From assembly GCA_964270895.1 (NCBI GenBank), contig OZ185437.1: a stretch of 64,000 bases of DNA, one strand, 5' to 3'. Below the pieces are notes generated by a model. That model saw only the letters and a list, made by a program, of their open reading frames with translations, made no database searches and was not told the DNA's origin. This document shows positions 24,860-37,440 of this stretch, piece by piece. A program made the position numbers and the translations under genes. Numbering within the stretch: position 1 is the stretch's first letter; each line of letters opens with the position of its first letter. Source of the DNA: Podarcis filfolensis (taxonomy: Eukaryota).

Positions 24860-25292
24860 AACACATCATAAATTTCAGTTTCTCTCAGTTTCTTATTTCT
24901 TCCAATCTTAAGTTCAGTTCTCCACATTTCCACATCAATTTGAGATTTTTTTGGGGGTAGGAGGGAATCCCCATGAAAATCCACCAGCATCTTAGTGCAA
25001 AATTCTCCCAATATACACATTTTCACCTGAATTTTGCCAAATATACACAATTTTGCAAGGCAGTTTTCACCAATTGAATTTTTTGTATGTTATTTTAGCT
25101 AATTTCTGTATTTTGATGCACACTTTACCCAAATACGTGCATTTTCGAATTCACGACCTGGCTGGAGAACTGCATGGAGAAATTTGGAGAAGTGGACATT
25201 TCGAAGGAGGGCTGTGCTTTGGTTCACATCTAAGGGTGAATTTGAAAGGTTCGTCTTTAAATGCGAACTTCGTCAAATTTCTCCCCCACCTG
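24860..25292. mobile_element. Old AT-rich DNA-transposon-like repeat
   Basis: Same family as the 16117 and 50365 copies (AAGTTCAGTTCTCCACATTTC ... AAATTTCTCCCCCACC). Confidence 0.5.
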
Positions 25293-26654
25293 TAATTATG
25301 TGATGCTGATTTGTTCAAACATTTGCTCATATAGTTCTTACAGTGAGAGAGCAATGCCTGTAGAGTGGCGTAATTAATCTGACTGTTGCAAGATTAAATG
25401 CCCCCTCCCATTGCCCCACCAGCCAGTTTATTTTTTAACAGTAAGGAAGAATGATTCAAGGGTAATGGATTTGGCATGTACGGTTTTGGAGTGTTGAGAT
25501 GAATATTTGGTATAATCTCTGCCTTCACACTCGGAGAAACTGCCAGCTGGCAAAGTATGCTAGTAGTCTGTTGCTCATTCTGTTACACCTTCTGCAGTCT
25601 GCCACCTTATTTCCTGCATTCATGCTCCCAGCAATAGTTTTTTCAGCTCAATAGTTTGTTCCGTTTAAAAAAGTAATCATCTTTACTCTCACCATGGAGT
25701 AGCTCTGGAGAAGCTGTCTGGCTTGTGCAGTGTGGCGTTGTTGCAAACTTCCTTCCTCCCCACCCTGACTTGGTTTACACCTCCTTTGCAACCTGAAAAA
25801 CCTTCCAGGGTTTGAAAGCTCTTTTGCTTAAGGCTGATGATGTAACGGGATGCTAGTGTAACATTTTCCAGTTTGGATGGGTTGCAAATATTAATTGCAT
25901 ATATTGAAGTAGTTAATTGGTGTTTTCTTAATTTGGGGCAGGAACCTAGAACAGTCATGGAAGAGCACGTTTGGCTTTGCAGAAGGTCCGAGGTTCAATC
26001 GCTGGTGTGTCCAAAATTGTTTTCTGTTAGGGATCATATAGCAGATGATTGAAAGGACCTTCACTGGAGAAGGGCCTGGGGAGAAGACGATCAGATTGAC
26101 AGTTTTCTGTGTAATTTTAGCCTCTGTATGTCTTTTTTTAAAAAAGTGTTACATGTGTGGTTTTAATGTGAGTTATTTCTAATAATAAAACAAGAGTTCA
26201 CTATTGTCCAGATTGTAAAAATTGTGATTAGGGACTTTTGCTCATGTCAACAAATTTGTCTTGCAATCCGTCTTGACATGATTTTATTCAAGGTTAAACT
26301 ATGTATGTTGGTGGCAGGCCTCTGTCTTTTAATTCCGCAACCACATGTAAAGAGTGGGTTGGGAGGTGCAAGGTGGAAGTGGAAAAAAGGATCATGTAGT
26401 GGGTGAGTCAAAGGATGGAAGTGGTTTTGAACCTTCAGCCTGCTTGCTACTTTCCCCAGACAGAGTCTATCCCCAACCTCTCTTCTGTCAGTTCAGGTAC
26501 TTTCTGATACCAGAGCCCTCTTTTGGGGTAGGGTTGGAAACTTGGGGAAAGATTCCAGGGGAAAAGCAGGAGATGGTGAAGAAGGATGGTGCAGTCTATT
26601 TGCACATCATCATCATCATCATCATCATCAATATTATATTTGTTGTATTTCATG

Positions 26655-27340
26655 CTTCCTCACACAGAGCCCAGAGCAACCAGCAATATTAATAAAATAC
26701 AGTACAAGAGCAAAATCAACACTGAAATTTACAATAAAATACAATAGCATGTGACAATCAGTGGTACTGAAGACACAGGAACAGGTAGCATTTTAGAGAA
26801 ATAGAACCAGCCCTGCTATATTCTGAAGGCCTGCAAAAGCTACACCTGAATGAATGTAATGTGTGGATCTGAACTGGGATGGCGTTCCATAGATGGGATG
26901 CCACCATTGAGAAGGCCCAGTGGTGATACCTCGTAGGTATCACAGGCAGAATTTTGCCCACAAATCTCAAAACCTAAGGGAAGATTCTCTTTCAAGCTCT
27001 TGAAACCCAAGCTTTCAAGTGCTTGGGACCAACACCTTGAATTAGGCCTAGTGTCTTTCTGACAGCCAGTGTAGCACACTCAGAACTGGGGTCTTGTGAT
27101 CCCAACTCACTGCTCCAGACAGCAAGTGAGCAGTAGCATTCAGTTGCCAGAATGTCTCCAAGTGGAGCTCCATACAGAGCACACAGAAGTAGTCCAACTG
27201 GCAAGTTAACAGAGGATGGATTACTGGAGCTATGTTGTCCTAGTCCATATCTGGCGGACCAGCCTTAGCTAAGCATTAGTACTCCTTAGCACCAAGTCCA
27301 GTGATAGATGGGATACTAGGAGTGCTCTCAAACAATGCAT
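26655..27340 (-). mobile_element. Older, diverged L2 fragment
   Basis: Antisense remnants of the WAFS.VA..LWN.IP and L.CALYGAPL motifs. Many stops and frameshifts. Confidence 0.6.
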
Positions 27341-27626
27341 CTGTTCCTTTAAATGGAGTGCTACCACACCCAGCTTTATCCTTTACATGTGGTTAAGGCA
27401 GACCCACATTTAAAGATATGACCTGGAATTCTGAAAAACCTACAGTTCCAGTGACATTTTGGTCTGCTATGATAGTAAGTAAAATCTTACAAGAAGTTCT
27501 AATTTATGCCAACTGGTATGTCAGTTGCTGTCAATGAGAATGTTGCCTTGGGTTTTATAACATAAATGCATATGCACATTAGATGGAAATGATTAATGCA
27601 TAGTTCCCAGGGAGAAAATTAGGCAT

Positions 27627-27975
27627 GTATACCTGAAGGAGTCCAGTATACCTGAAGGAGCGTCTCCACCCCCATCATTCTGCCCGGACGCTGAGGTCCA
27701 GCGCCGAGGGCCTTCTGGCGGTTCTCTCATTGTGAGAAGCAAAGCTACAGGGAACCAGGCAGAGGGCCTTCTCGGTAGTGGCGCCCGCCCTGTGGAACGC
27801 CCTTCCAGCAGATGTCAAAGCGATAAACAACTACCTGACATTCAGAAGACATCTTAAGGCAGCCCTGTTCAGGGAAGTTTTTAACGTGTGATATTTTACT
27901 GTATTTTTGGTTTTTATGGAAGCCGCCCAGAGTGGCTGGGGAGGCCCAGCCAGATGGGCGGGGTATAAATAATAA

Positions 27976-28003
<28 letters not shown>
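27627..28003 (+). mobile_element. L2 LINE 3' fragment, young, with duplicated 5' tip
   Basis: Near-identical to the 22693 copy. (ATT)n tail. GTATACCTGAAGGAG occurs twice (27627-27641, 27646-27660). Confidence 0.93.
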
Positions 28004-28006
<3 letters not shown>

Positions 28007-29304
28007 GTATGGGATCTTATTATGGAACTGAGGTCCATAGCACAACTTGGCATGTTCTTACTGTTTCCTGTAAAGTCGGTGCAGCATGCTTCCTGCAAAA
28101 CCTTGTTGGAGCAGAGCTCTGGTTTCGAATTTGTCTGGTTATAATGATTCTGATGATACCCTGGTTTAACCTTCAAGATGAGTATCAGTGAGGCTGCAGT
28201 ACATATATGCCACATTCACATGTTACATCTGATTTAAGTTTCACTGAGATAGTTTGCTATCTGGACTTACCTGCAATGCTGACCTTGCATCTAGAATAGA
28301 AAGGGACTTGGTTAAATGATATATGCAGGGGGAAAGAGAGTAATTGGGTGGCCAAGGTTAAGTTGATCATGTGGCAAATATATAGCAAAAAAAAGAGAGG
28401 GGGAATAAAGCCAATTTTTCTTTGATTACTTTGTTCTACATCCATTATCCCCAGGGTTGCATCGTTTCTGAGCCAAGGGTGTAGCAAACCAAAGTACATT
28501 TGGAGACTAAGCTTGACTGCATTTCAGATAATATTAATCAATGCTTTTTAGCACACATTCCTGGGGAACAGTGTGATACGAGAAATATTTGTAGTAGAAA
28601 TGTTTTCTGCAATGTAATTTGCATGTTCTTTCTAAATCCTGTCTCGGGGATGCTTTGTCCTTCGTATTTTATCTAAAGCTCTGTAATTACATCGCAATGA
28701 CTTGTATGCACCATCTTCTTTTCTTTTTTTAAAAAATCATGACAGATTCCTTGAAATGCATTATACATGGGTTTTGGTTGTGTGTGTGGGGGACCCATTT
28801 ATTAGGTGACGAGCTTGGCTGGAAATACTTAAACATTTTGCCTGGGCAGATGGACAATGTGGCCATTTTTTAAAAAAAAATGGCAACACATATATGAATT
28901 CAATTAAAAAGTGATTTGACAAGCACTTGTTCCATTGTTTATATTCTTCTGGAGGGAGGAAAGAACAGAACATTGTTTTGTTTCAGAAATAATGTTACCA
29001 CGAGCATTACTATGCCGCCTCACTTTTGCATAATCTGACACTGAAAATAGTGTAAAGAATGGTCCACATTTGCATAACCTGACACATGCCACCCTGGACT
29101 CCTTTGGGAGGGAGGGCAAGAGAGAAATGTAATAAATAAATCGATGCTAGGAACTGGTGCAGCCTGCACTCATCACTATTTTTGTCCCTAATTAATATTC
29201 TATGTTCTGTTTTCTTTGAGTGAAAGTTAGTGCCTTGTTGAATACGTACGAACTTCCCTTCTATTAGTTTGGACAAATTGAGCCAGGGCATCAGGGAAAT
29301 ATTC

Positions 29305-29306
<2 letters not shown>

Positions 29307-29362
<56 letters not shown>
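29307..29362. repeat. (CT)n microsatellite
   Basis: Pure CT array of about 56 bp. Confidence 0.97.
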
Positions 29363-29368
<6 letters not shown>

Positions 29369-29597
29369 TTCCATCTGACATGGGATCTTCTCTGATATCA
29401 GAAAGGGTTATCAAATGTACAGTATGGCCCTCGGATGCCTTTTCAAAAGCCACAAGATTGCACCCCAAAACTCTATGACATTATAAACTATACGACATTT
29501 GCAAACCGCTTTAAGAATGTTTTTTAAAAACAACAACAATTAAGCGGTGTATAAATGTTGCAAAAATCAATCAATCAATCATCTTTACTAGAATGGA

Positions 29598-29839
29598 AAC
29601 AAAATACAAAAAAATTCCTTCCAGTAGCACCTTAGAGACCAACTAAGTTTGTTCTTGGTATGAGCTTTCGTGTGCATGCACACTTCTTCAGATACACACT
29701 TCTTCAGATACTGAAGAAGTGTGCATGCACACGAAAGCTAATACCAATAACAAACTTAGTTGGTCTCTAAGGTGCTACTGGAAGGAGTTTTTTTATTTTG
29801 TTTCGACTACGGCAGACCAACACGGCTACCTACCTATAA
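29598..29839. mobile_element. Penelope-like element terminal-repeat palindrome (inverted pLTR)
   Basis: Arms of ~95 bp (about 29596-29691 and 29711-29803) in inverted orientation. 15-bp TSD CTTTAC[T/C]AGAATGGA (29583-29597 / 29840-29854). Sequence resembles reptile Penelope-like termini. Confidence 0.8.
29658..29695 (-). ncRNA. Minimal type I hammerhead ribozyme motif
   Basis: Minus strand reads GUAU-CUGAAGA-A-GUGUGC-AU-GCACAC-GAA-AGCU-C-AUAC: stem I GUAU/AUAC, core CUGANGA..GAAA, stem II hairpin, palindromic stem III AGCU, cleavage triplet CUC. Confidence 0.75.
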
Positions 29840-30510
29840 CTTTACCAGAATGGATAGTATTCAGATAAATAAATGTGCAAAGAAAGTGACTGCCGCATGT
29901 GTAATGAGGATTTTCCCCCTTTCCTCTCCTCACATGCACCATGTGTGGTCTTGAAATCCACTCTGGAGGGTTGGGGTAGAACTGATACAGGGGCTGCGTG
30001 GGAGGAGAAGAGGTGGGGGGTGGAATCCTATTGCATAGGTGGAAGTTGTTCCACTCTTGCAAAGTGCTACATAGCGATACGTTGAATACAACCGAGCTCT
30101 GTGCTGGAGCCAGAGCTGGGGCTTGGGGCTTCCCTAGAAACCTAGCGGGGAAGCAAGATCTGTTTTGAGTGTTAATGCCATGAGCCCATCCACCCTATGT
30201 TCCAGTATAAATGAAACCATATATCCTAATGACGCCACAGACTCCACAGACCTTTATTCCAAGGAAGCCAAATCCTGGGTAGGCACAGGAACCCCTGAAA
30301 TCTCTTACCGCTCAGAGGCTGGGGTGTGCGCAACAGCGAATTTAGTATTGATTAAATGCACATAGCTCCCTTCATCTGACGATCACAGGGCAGTTTTAAA
30401 CATAAAAGCACGTAACAAGAAAAACAGGAAAACATCACTGCCCACACATTCAAATAAATATTTAAATGTTTGTTTATTTTCTTACTTATTTTGCTTCTTA
30501 GATTTATATA

Positions 30511-30741
30511 CAGTGGTACCTCGGGTTAAGAACTTAATTCATTCTGGAGGTCTGTTCTTAACCTGAAACTGTTCTTAATCTGAAGCACCACTTTAGCTAA
30601 TGGGGCCTCCTGCTGCCGCTGCACGATTTCTGTTCTCATCCTGAAGCAAAGTTCTTAACCCGAGATACTATTTCTGGGTTAGCAGAGTCTGTAACCTGAA
30701 GCGTATGTAACCTGAAGCATATGTAACTCGAGGTACCACTG
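30511..30741 (+). mobile_element. Tigger/Tc1-like MITE, 231 bp
   Basis: TIR CAGTGGTACCTCG / CGAGGTACCACTG, with TA on both sides. Confidence 0.92.
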
Positions 30742-32810
30742 TACCACCCTTCACCATAAGGCGAAATGCGAATTTCTGTGTGCTCTGTTTTAGTTAAAAA
30801 CCCACAGATTAATGTGAGCATGGAATGTAATGGGCTCATGAGTGAACACATCAGATTAGAAAGTGAGGCACAGACACTGGTTCCTGGGGTCCCAATTTGG
30901 GCTATTGCAGCTGCAGCCAACCCCATAACAGGCTTTAAATTAAAATGTTTCCCGAGATGAACTTTTCTCAGTGGCATTTCATTTCCACTGTTCATCTTTG
31001 CCCTGATCATGTTAGAGGCAAGGGCCAGATGGCCGCGCATAGATTTGCTGCAGAAGGGAGCTGTGACTTACATGTTAATGAGGCACGTTTTTTTTGTTTG
31101 GTTTGGTTGGTTGTGTGTCTCTTTAAACAAAAGACACTCGAGCAGGTTTACCAAAGAGTTTTCATAAAGGAACAAAGCATTCTTCTAAATAAGAGACCTA
31201 TGTGCAGATCACAGAATAAAAGTTTTTGTTTTGAAGTTTCTGCTTGGTGGTGAAAAGCATTGGGGTGGCCAAGGATTCGCAGGTCCTTCAATGTCAAGAG
31301 CTCAACCATGCTGAAGTATCCACTGATGTGGAAGGAAAACACAGCACAGAAACTCTCTTGTAGAAGTCCCAGGGAGCAAGCATTATTCCTAGGATGCATT
31401 TAATGAATTCTGCTCTTCATTTAAAACCTGGGGTTCTAGGTGCCTCCGGACTGCCAATATTTAGTGGAATAGATATGTGCGTATACTTGGACTTCAGGTT
31501 TGCAAAGTTAAAGTGGATCAAAAGGCTCTTTCACCTTGGTGCAACAAACACACTAAAGGAGAACTGGACTGTTTCCTGTTTGGAAATTGAGACATGTGGG
31601 ATGAACGGATGATGAACGGGAAGCCGTATAAACAACCTGCAAGCAAATCATGATAAATGCTCATTGTCCCATAAGCTCCCCACAAACAGATCAGGAAAAA
31701 AAATGCTCAAGAGAGACAGCTATAAGCTCACCTCCGTGTAAGCTTTCTGCAAGCAAATCAGGATGAATGCTCAGTAAATAGGGCATCTGAAGGTGCCCTC
31801 AGACTCAATATACAACTTGAGTCATGAAGCTTATGAACACATTGGACTCATTATCTTATATCTGCATATCTAAGCAAGTAAACAGAATGACTACATCAAC
31901 ACACACAGACACACACTTGTGTTTACGCACACAGACAAAAAGCACTGTCAATCATATTCACCCACTTTTTCACCCGCTGTTGAAATTTAAAGTAATCTGC
32001 ATGTTACCCAAACCTCAATATAGCTGCAGAAATTAAAGTGTAAGATAAACAAAAGGCTTTAGTTGATTGATCAAGCAATTAAAATATCAGCCCAGTCACC
32101 TATAGGTGATTCTCAGCATTCACCAGTGTATGCATGAAAAGAAATGAGGGAAGGATATGTCTTTTGAAGTATCCACAAGTTTCCCCCCAGATTGGGACTG
32201 TTCAACATGTGAAAGTTGATGATCACTAAATTAGGGCGGTTCACTGTAACGTGACAGTATCAGAAGAAAGAAAAGGCTTGTGTCAATAGGATAAATGAGA
32301 TATTTAACTATCCAAGTATTTAGCTAATAGGCAACCTGAGAAATGTATGTTAAGCACATTTTGGAATGTGTGTTAGTTAATGTGGAGTGTGAGATAGGAG
32401 TTGGCTAAAAGCTTCCAGTGCTGACTTTCATGTGATACAAGTCCCTAGCAAGCACGTTGGAGTGTATACCTTTAAAATATCTGCCAGTGTATTGACTTTT
32501 TGGTTGCATTCACAACCATTTTCTGTTTGCGACAGCATTGTAGGAATAGTGTAAACTTAGTCTCTAGAATAAATGTGTGTAGTTGCCACAGTGCATGTCC
32601 ATTGACAGTACCAAGCAGTTTCAAGGGAGAGGAGGTGAATATGCCATCTGCAGGTATATGTTCTCATTTAGTCCTTTGACTTGTGCTGTCAAATCACCAT
32701 GATGTGTACTGCCACTTGGAGAAACAGCTATATTTCAACAGCACAGCCTCCTCTCAAGGCTGTAACTAGGAGAACAAAAATTCATTTTTGGCTACCTGAG
32801 CCAGCAAAAG

Positions 32811-33410
32811 AAAACAACAACAACAACAACAACAACACCCTGCCCATCTGGCTGGATTTCACTAGACACTCTGGGAGACTTACATCATCTCTAAAAACAT
32901 AATAAAAACATCAATTCTTAAAAACCTCCCTCAATAGGGTTGCCTTCAGATGTCTTCTAAAAGTTGTTTATTTCCTTGACATTTGAAGGAAAAGCGTTCC
33001 ACAGGGAGGGCGCCACTACCGAGAAGGCCCTCTACCTGGGTCCCTGTAACTTTGCTTCTTGCAGTGAGGGAACCGACAGAAGGCCCTCGGCGCTGGACCT
33101 CAGTGTCTGGGCTAAGCAATGGAAGTGGAGACGTTCCTTCAGGGCTTTAAAGATCAGCACCAACACTTTGAATTGTGCTTGGAAATGTACTGGGAGTCAG
33201 TGAAGATCCTTTAGGACCAGTGATATACGGTCCTGGCAGCCACTCCCAGTCACAAGTCTAGCTGCTGCATTCTGGATTAGTTATAGTTTCTGAGTCACCT
33301 TCAAAGGTAGCCCCACGCAGAGCCCATTAAAGTAGCTGAAGTGGGAGATAACCAGGGCATGCACCAGTCTGGTTAAACAGTCTGCGGGCATCACTAAGAG
33401 GCTTGCCAGA
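32811..33410 (-). mobile_element. L2 LINE 3' fragment (~600 bp, older)
   Basis: Includes the RLVHALVIS..Y.NGL.VGLPL...KL*LIQNAAARL region and the C-terminus. (AAC)n tail. Confidence 0.85.
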
Positions 33411-33554
33411 GGTGCTGTGTCTGGCAGCCCGACCCTTAAACATCTGAGTGCAGTAGGGGCTGGTGGGATGGTGTTTGTGGGGCATTGCTGTTCTCCCAGC
33501 TTCCAAAGACGAGTGGGGAGCAGGGCATTGTACACATGCATAACAGCAAGGACA

Positions 33555-34000
33555 TGTCATGGGCCAGGAGTCAGCTTTGCTTGCTGAACAGCAGTCTGAA
33601 GCAGGAGTGACTCCGCCTGCAGCTAATCAGCCTTCAAGGACACAGAGGAGAAGGTGCTCATGAGAACCAGCTGGGTTCAACCTTCTTAAGCAGAGCTTCC
33701 AGCAGCAGGCAGGTGCTGGTAACAATGCTTGTAGTTCCTGACCCGACCTTCCTATTTTTTGCTCGTCTTGATCCTTGACCCCTGGATTCCCCCATCCCTG
33801 GACCATCTGACCACGTGGATTGCTGTTTGCCCAACCCTAGGATTAGACCTGACTTCAGATGCTGACTCTGCCTCCAAGGCAGATACACCTCAGAGACTCT
33901 TCTGGTTGGCTGGCATCCCACTCCACTGAGCTCTGCACGTTGTTGCTCAGCAATGTGACTACGGCAGAGCAGTGGCTTGGCTCCACTGCACCACATCACA
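33555..34000. mobile_element. Probable solo LTR
   Basis: TGTCATGGG...CATCACA termini and a pyrimidine-rich central block. TSD not evident. Confidence 0.35.
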
Positions 34001-35422
34001 CAGAGTCAAGCTCCCCCAATCTCTCTGGCAAGTGTCAGCAACAGGCTGTGTTTGGAAACTGGAAGAGCAGTGGCGCCCGACCCAAGCCACCAGACAGGGC
34101 ATTATTGGCTGAGTGGAAAGGCGTGGGCGGTCAGCAGCTGGCAAACAGACAAGCAGAGGGCAATAAACAAAAGCTTCATCCAGACCCCCTCTGGATCTGG
34201 AGAAGAATCTAGAGAATAAGATGTGAACCATCATTTGGAATTGCAGCACACAGTGAAATCTGGCTGTGCAGGAAGACTCAAGGCAGTAAGTGGTCCTACA
34301 AACCTTGCTCAGAGCGGGGTGTTTTTAAAGGTATCTCCAATAGCATCTGTTTACCACTTCCTTGTATAACTGCTTAATCTTGTTCATGAAACTGAAAGGT
34401 CATTCATGGAATTGCCATGCAATACACTCCCCATCCCACAATCCTCCTAGACTCTAAAAAGTCTATATTGTCCCCTCCTCCATCCATTCTGAAAGAAGCC
34501 TTTTAAGTTGGTTTGAGGCTCACCTGTCGAAGAACAGATGCTATCAGCAATGCAATGTATATGCGAGAACACTGGAATGTAGTAAGTTATCCAGACTGAA
34601 AAAGAGAAACTTTTGCACATATAATCCATTTGGGAGACACAGGTCTCCACCATTGTTTGACAGGAAAGCCTCTGGGCATTCAGAGCACAGAGCTCTCTCT
34701 CTTGTGACTGATAAACTGAAAACAGTCTGTTGAATGTGAATTCTCAACCCCACCATCTGATTAAGAACTGTCTTTCTTCTCTCTCTCTCTCTCTCTTGCT
34801 CTCTCTCTGCTACCTCCTACTACATCTCCTAGAAATACAAAATTACAGAGCAAGAAGGTGATCCCCAGGTGTATGGTGACCAGGTGTAATCTGTAAACTT
34901 GGTGACCAAGTGTAATCTGACAAGGTGTATGCTATGGCATCCAGCTTCTGCAGCAAGCACACCACAAGTCAAGTCTGTTAGAAAAGTCATTTAAGTAACA
35001 CAGGGTTAATCTGTCAATTTCAGTATCTTTGAGTTGCTTATTTTTCCAACTTTAAGTTCACTTCTTCATATTTTCACATCTATTTGTGTTTCTTTAAAAA
35101 ATAGAGTTCTTATGAAAATTCATCAGCGTTTCACTGTTAATTACTCCCAATATAGTTTTATGCTATTATGCAAAATGTACACCATTTTGCAAATCAATTC
35201 TCCCTAATAAAATGCATGTTTGTGCATTGTTTCCATTAACATATGCATTGCAATGCACACTTCACTCCAGGATATACATTTTTGTGCATATTACCAGGCT
35301 GAAGAACTGTACTGCAAAATTCAGATGCAAATTTCAAACGTTCCAGCAGTTTCCAAAGGATATAAGATATTGATAGCAGCCCTGACTCTAAGAGTCTGAA
35401 ACATGTTAACAGCACACAGGTA

Positions 35423-35468
<46 letters not shown>

Positions 35469-35801
35469 TATTTATACCCCGCCTATCTGGTTGGGTCCCC
35501 CCAGCCACTCTGGGTGGCTTCCAACAAAACGCTAAAATACAATAACCTATTAAACATTAAAAGCTTCTCTAAACAGGGCTGCCTTTAGATGTCTTCTAAA
35601 AGTTTGGTAGTTATTTTTCTTTTTGACATCTGGTGGGAGGGCATTCCACAGGGCGGGTGCCACTACCGAGAAGGCCCTCTGCCTGGTTCCCTGTAACTTG
35701 GCTTCTTGCATTGAGGGAACTGCCAGAAGGCCCTCGGAGCTGGATCTCAGTTTCCGGGCAGAACGATGGAGGTGGAGACGCTCCTTCAGGTATACTGGAC
35801 C
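35423..35801 (-). mobile_element. L2 LINE 3' fragment
   Basis: ORF 35550-35873 contains the L2 C-terminus from GPVYLKERL onward. (TAA)n tail. Confidence 0.93.
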
Positions 35802-37120
35802 AGATGGAACATAATGGATAGAACTTATTTGCAGACTCTTTACTAACACAACGAGTAAAAGCAAGAGGGACACAGCCTTTTTGGGCCCCAGTAGACCCCA
35901 GCCATTACATTGCAGACAACTGTATTCGTGATTTCTGTTTCTCTTGTTGCCCGCGAGGAGTCAGGCTTCAGTCTGACCAGTCTCCTACTTAAGGACAGCA
36001 AAAGGGGTGGTCAGGAGAAGCAAACTTGACTGCAGCTGTAGGAACACCCAGCTCAACAGCCCAACACTGATTGCTTGGATATGTAAGAGACAGTTCACTA
36101 TTGCTGCGGCTTCTCAGCTCAGTTAAGCCAAAGGCCATTTTATAACGGAGAGACTCAGTTCTACAATCAAGACTCGGCAAAAGTGCCTTCTTGCTTTATC
36201 TTTGCCTGCTGGCTTCTTCTGATCTGCTCTATAGGCATCCAGTGCAGTTTTCAGAAGCACAGTGCCTTGCAATAGTGACTCAAACACTAAAATCCTGCAG
36301 AATTTTTATAATTGCTTTGGACCTTTGTGTCATCAGCAGAAATATTTTTAATGATCAACAGAGCATAAAGCACTGTACTTCCATTTGATGTCCCTCATCA
36401 ACAAATTGATTCCGCATTTCCATATGATTTAGGAAACAGGGCCTTCCTGTCAGGGGAATTGTTTTAAAAATCCTAAGCAAAAGGAGGCAGGCAGAGTGAG
36501 ACAAATCACAATGGTTACCGAAGACCCATCTGATCTGGAGATGCAAATAAAAAGCAGCACCTTTCTTTATCCATACATTTTGTATTATTGATGGTTGTGA
36601 TTATATGAGCTGTCCTAGCATTAGAAAAGCCATCAGCAGATCAGTGTTTCTGATATATGAATCTTTCAGGAAGGGTTGAAAGAAAGTGGCAAATCCTACA
36701 ATCTAGAACCACAGCCTATACAATATGTTCCCTCAGAATCATTTGTTATGTGAGTGTTTGCATAGCGAGACAATTTCCATTGATACCCGTGGGGGAAATT
36801 CTCATGCGTCCCAGACCATGGAATTTTGACCCTTCAAAGGTCAACCTCCCTTAGCCAATCAGCCAAAGGCAAACAAGGAAGCAAAATACTCTCTCTGTTT
36901 GGATACCTGAATCTGTGGTATGTATAGTGAGGCATGGGTACTAATTCCTTGTGTTTGGATAAGTGAATTTTCGCATAGTGCACATTCGTAATGTGGGACC
37001 TGCATGTACCTTTTGCCCATGCAAGAATGTTGTGTCTCACTTAGAATAGTGGTGGCAGTGATGGTGGCAGTGGCAATGGAGCCAGATCTGGATGAAACAC
37101 TTCGCCATCATCATCTTCAT

Positions 37121-37440
37121 CATGGGTATGCAAACTAAGGCCCGGGGGCCGGATCTGGCCCAATCGCCTTCTAAATCTGGCCTGCGGATGGTCCGGGAAT
37201 CAGCATATTTTTACATGAGTAGAATGTGTCCTTTTATTTAAAATGCATCTCTGGGTTATTTGTGGGGGCCTGCCTGGTTTTTTTATGTGAGTGGAATATG
37301 TGCTTTTATTTAAAATGCATCTCTGGGTTATTTGTGGGGCATAGGAAATCGTTCATCCCCCCCCAAAAAAATAGTCTGGCCCCCCACAAGGTCTGAGGGA
37401 CAGTGGACTGGCCCCCTGCTGAAAAAGTTTGCTGACCAAG
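37121..37440. mobile_element. hAT-Charlie-like MITE, 320 bp
   Basis: Ends CATGGGTATGCAAACT / AGTTTGCTGACCAAG. Perfect 8-bp TSD ATCTTCAT. Internal duplication of ~60 bp. Confidence 0.85.
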
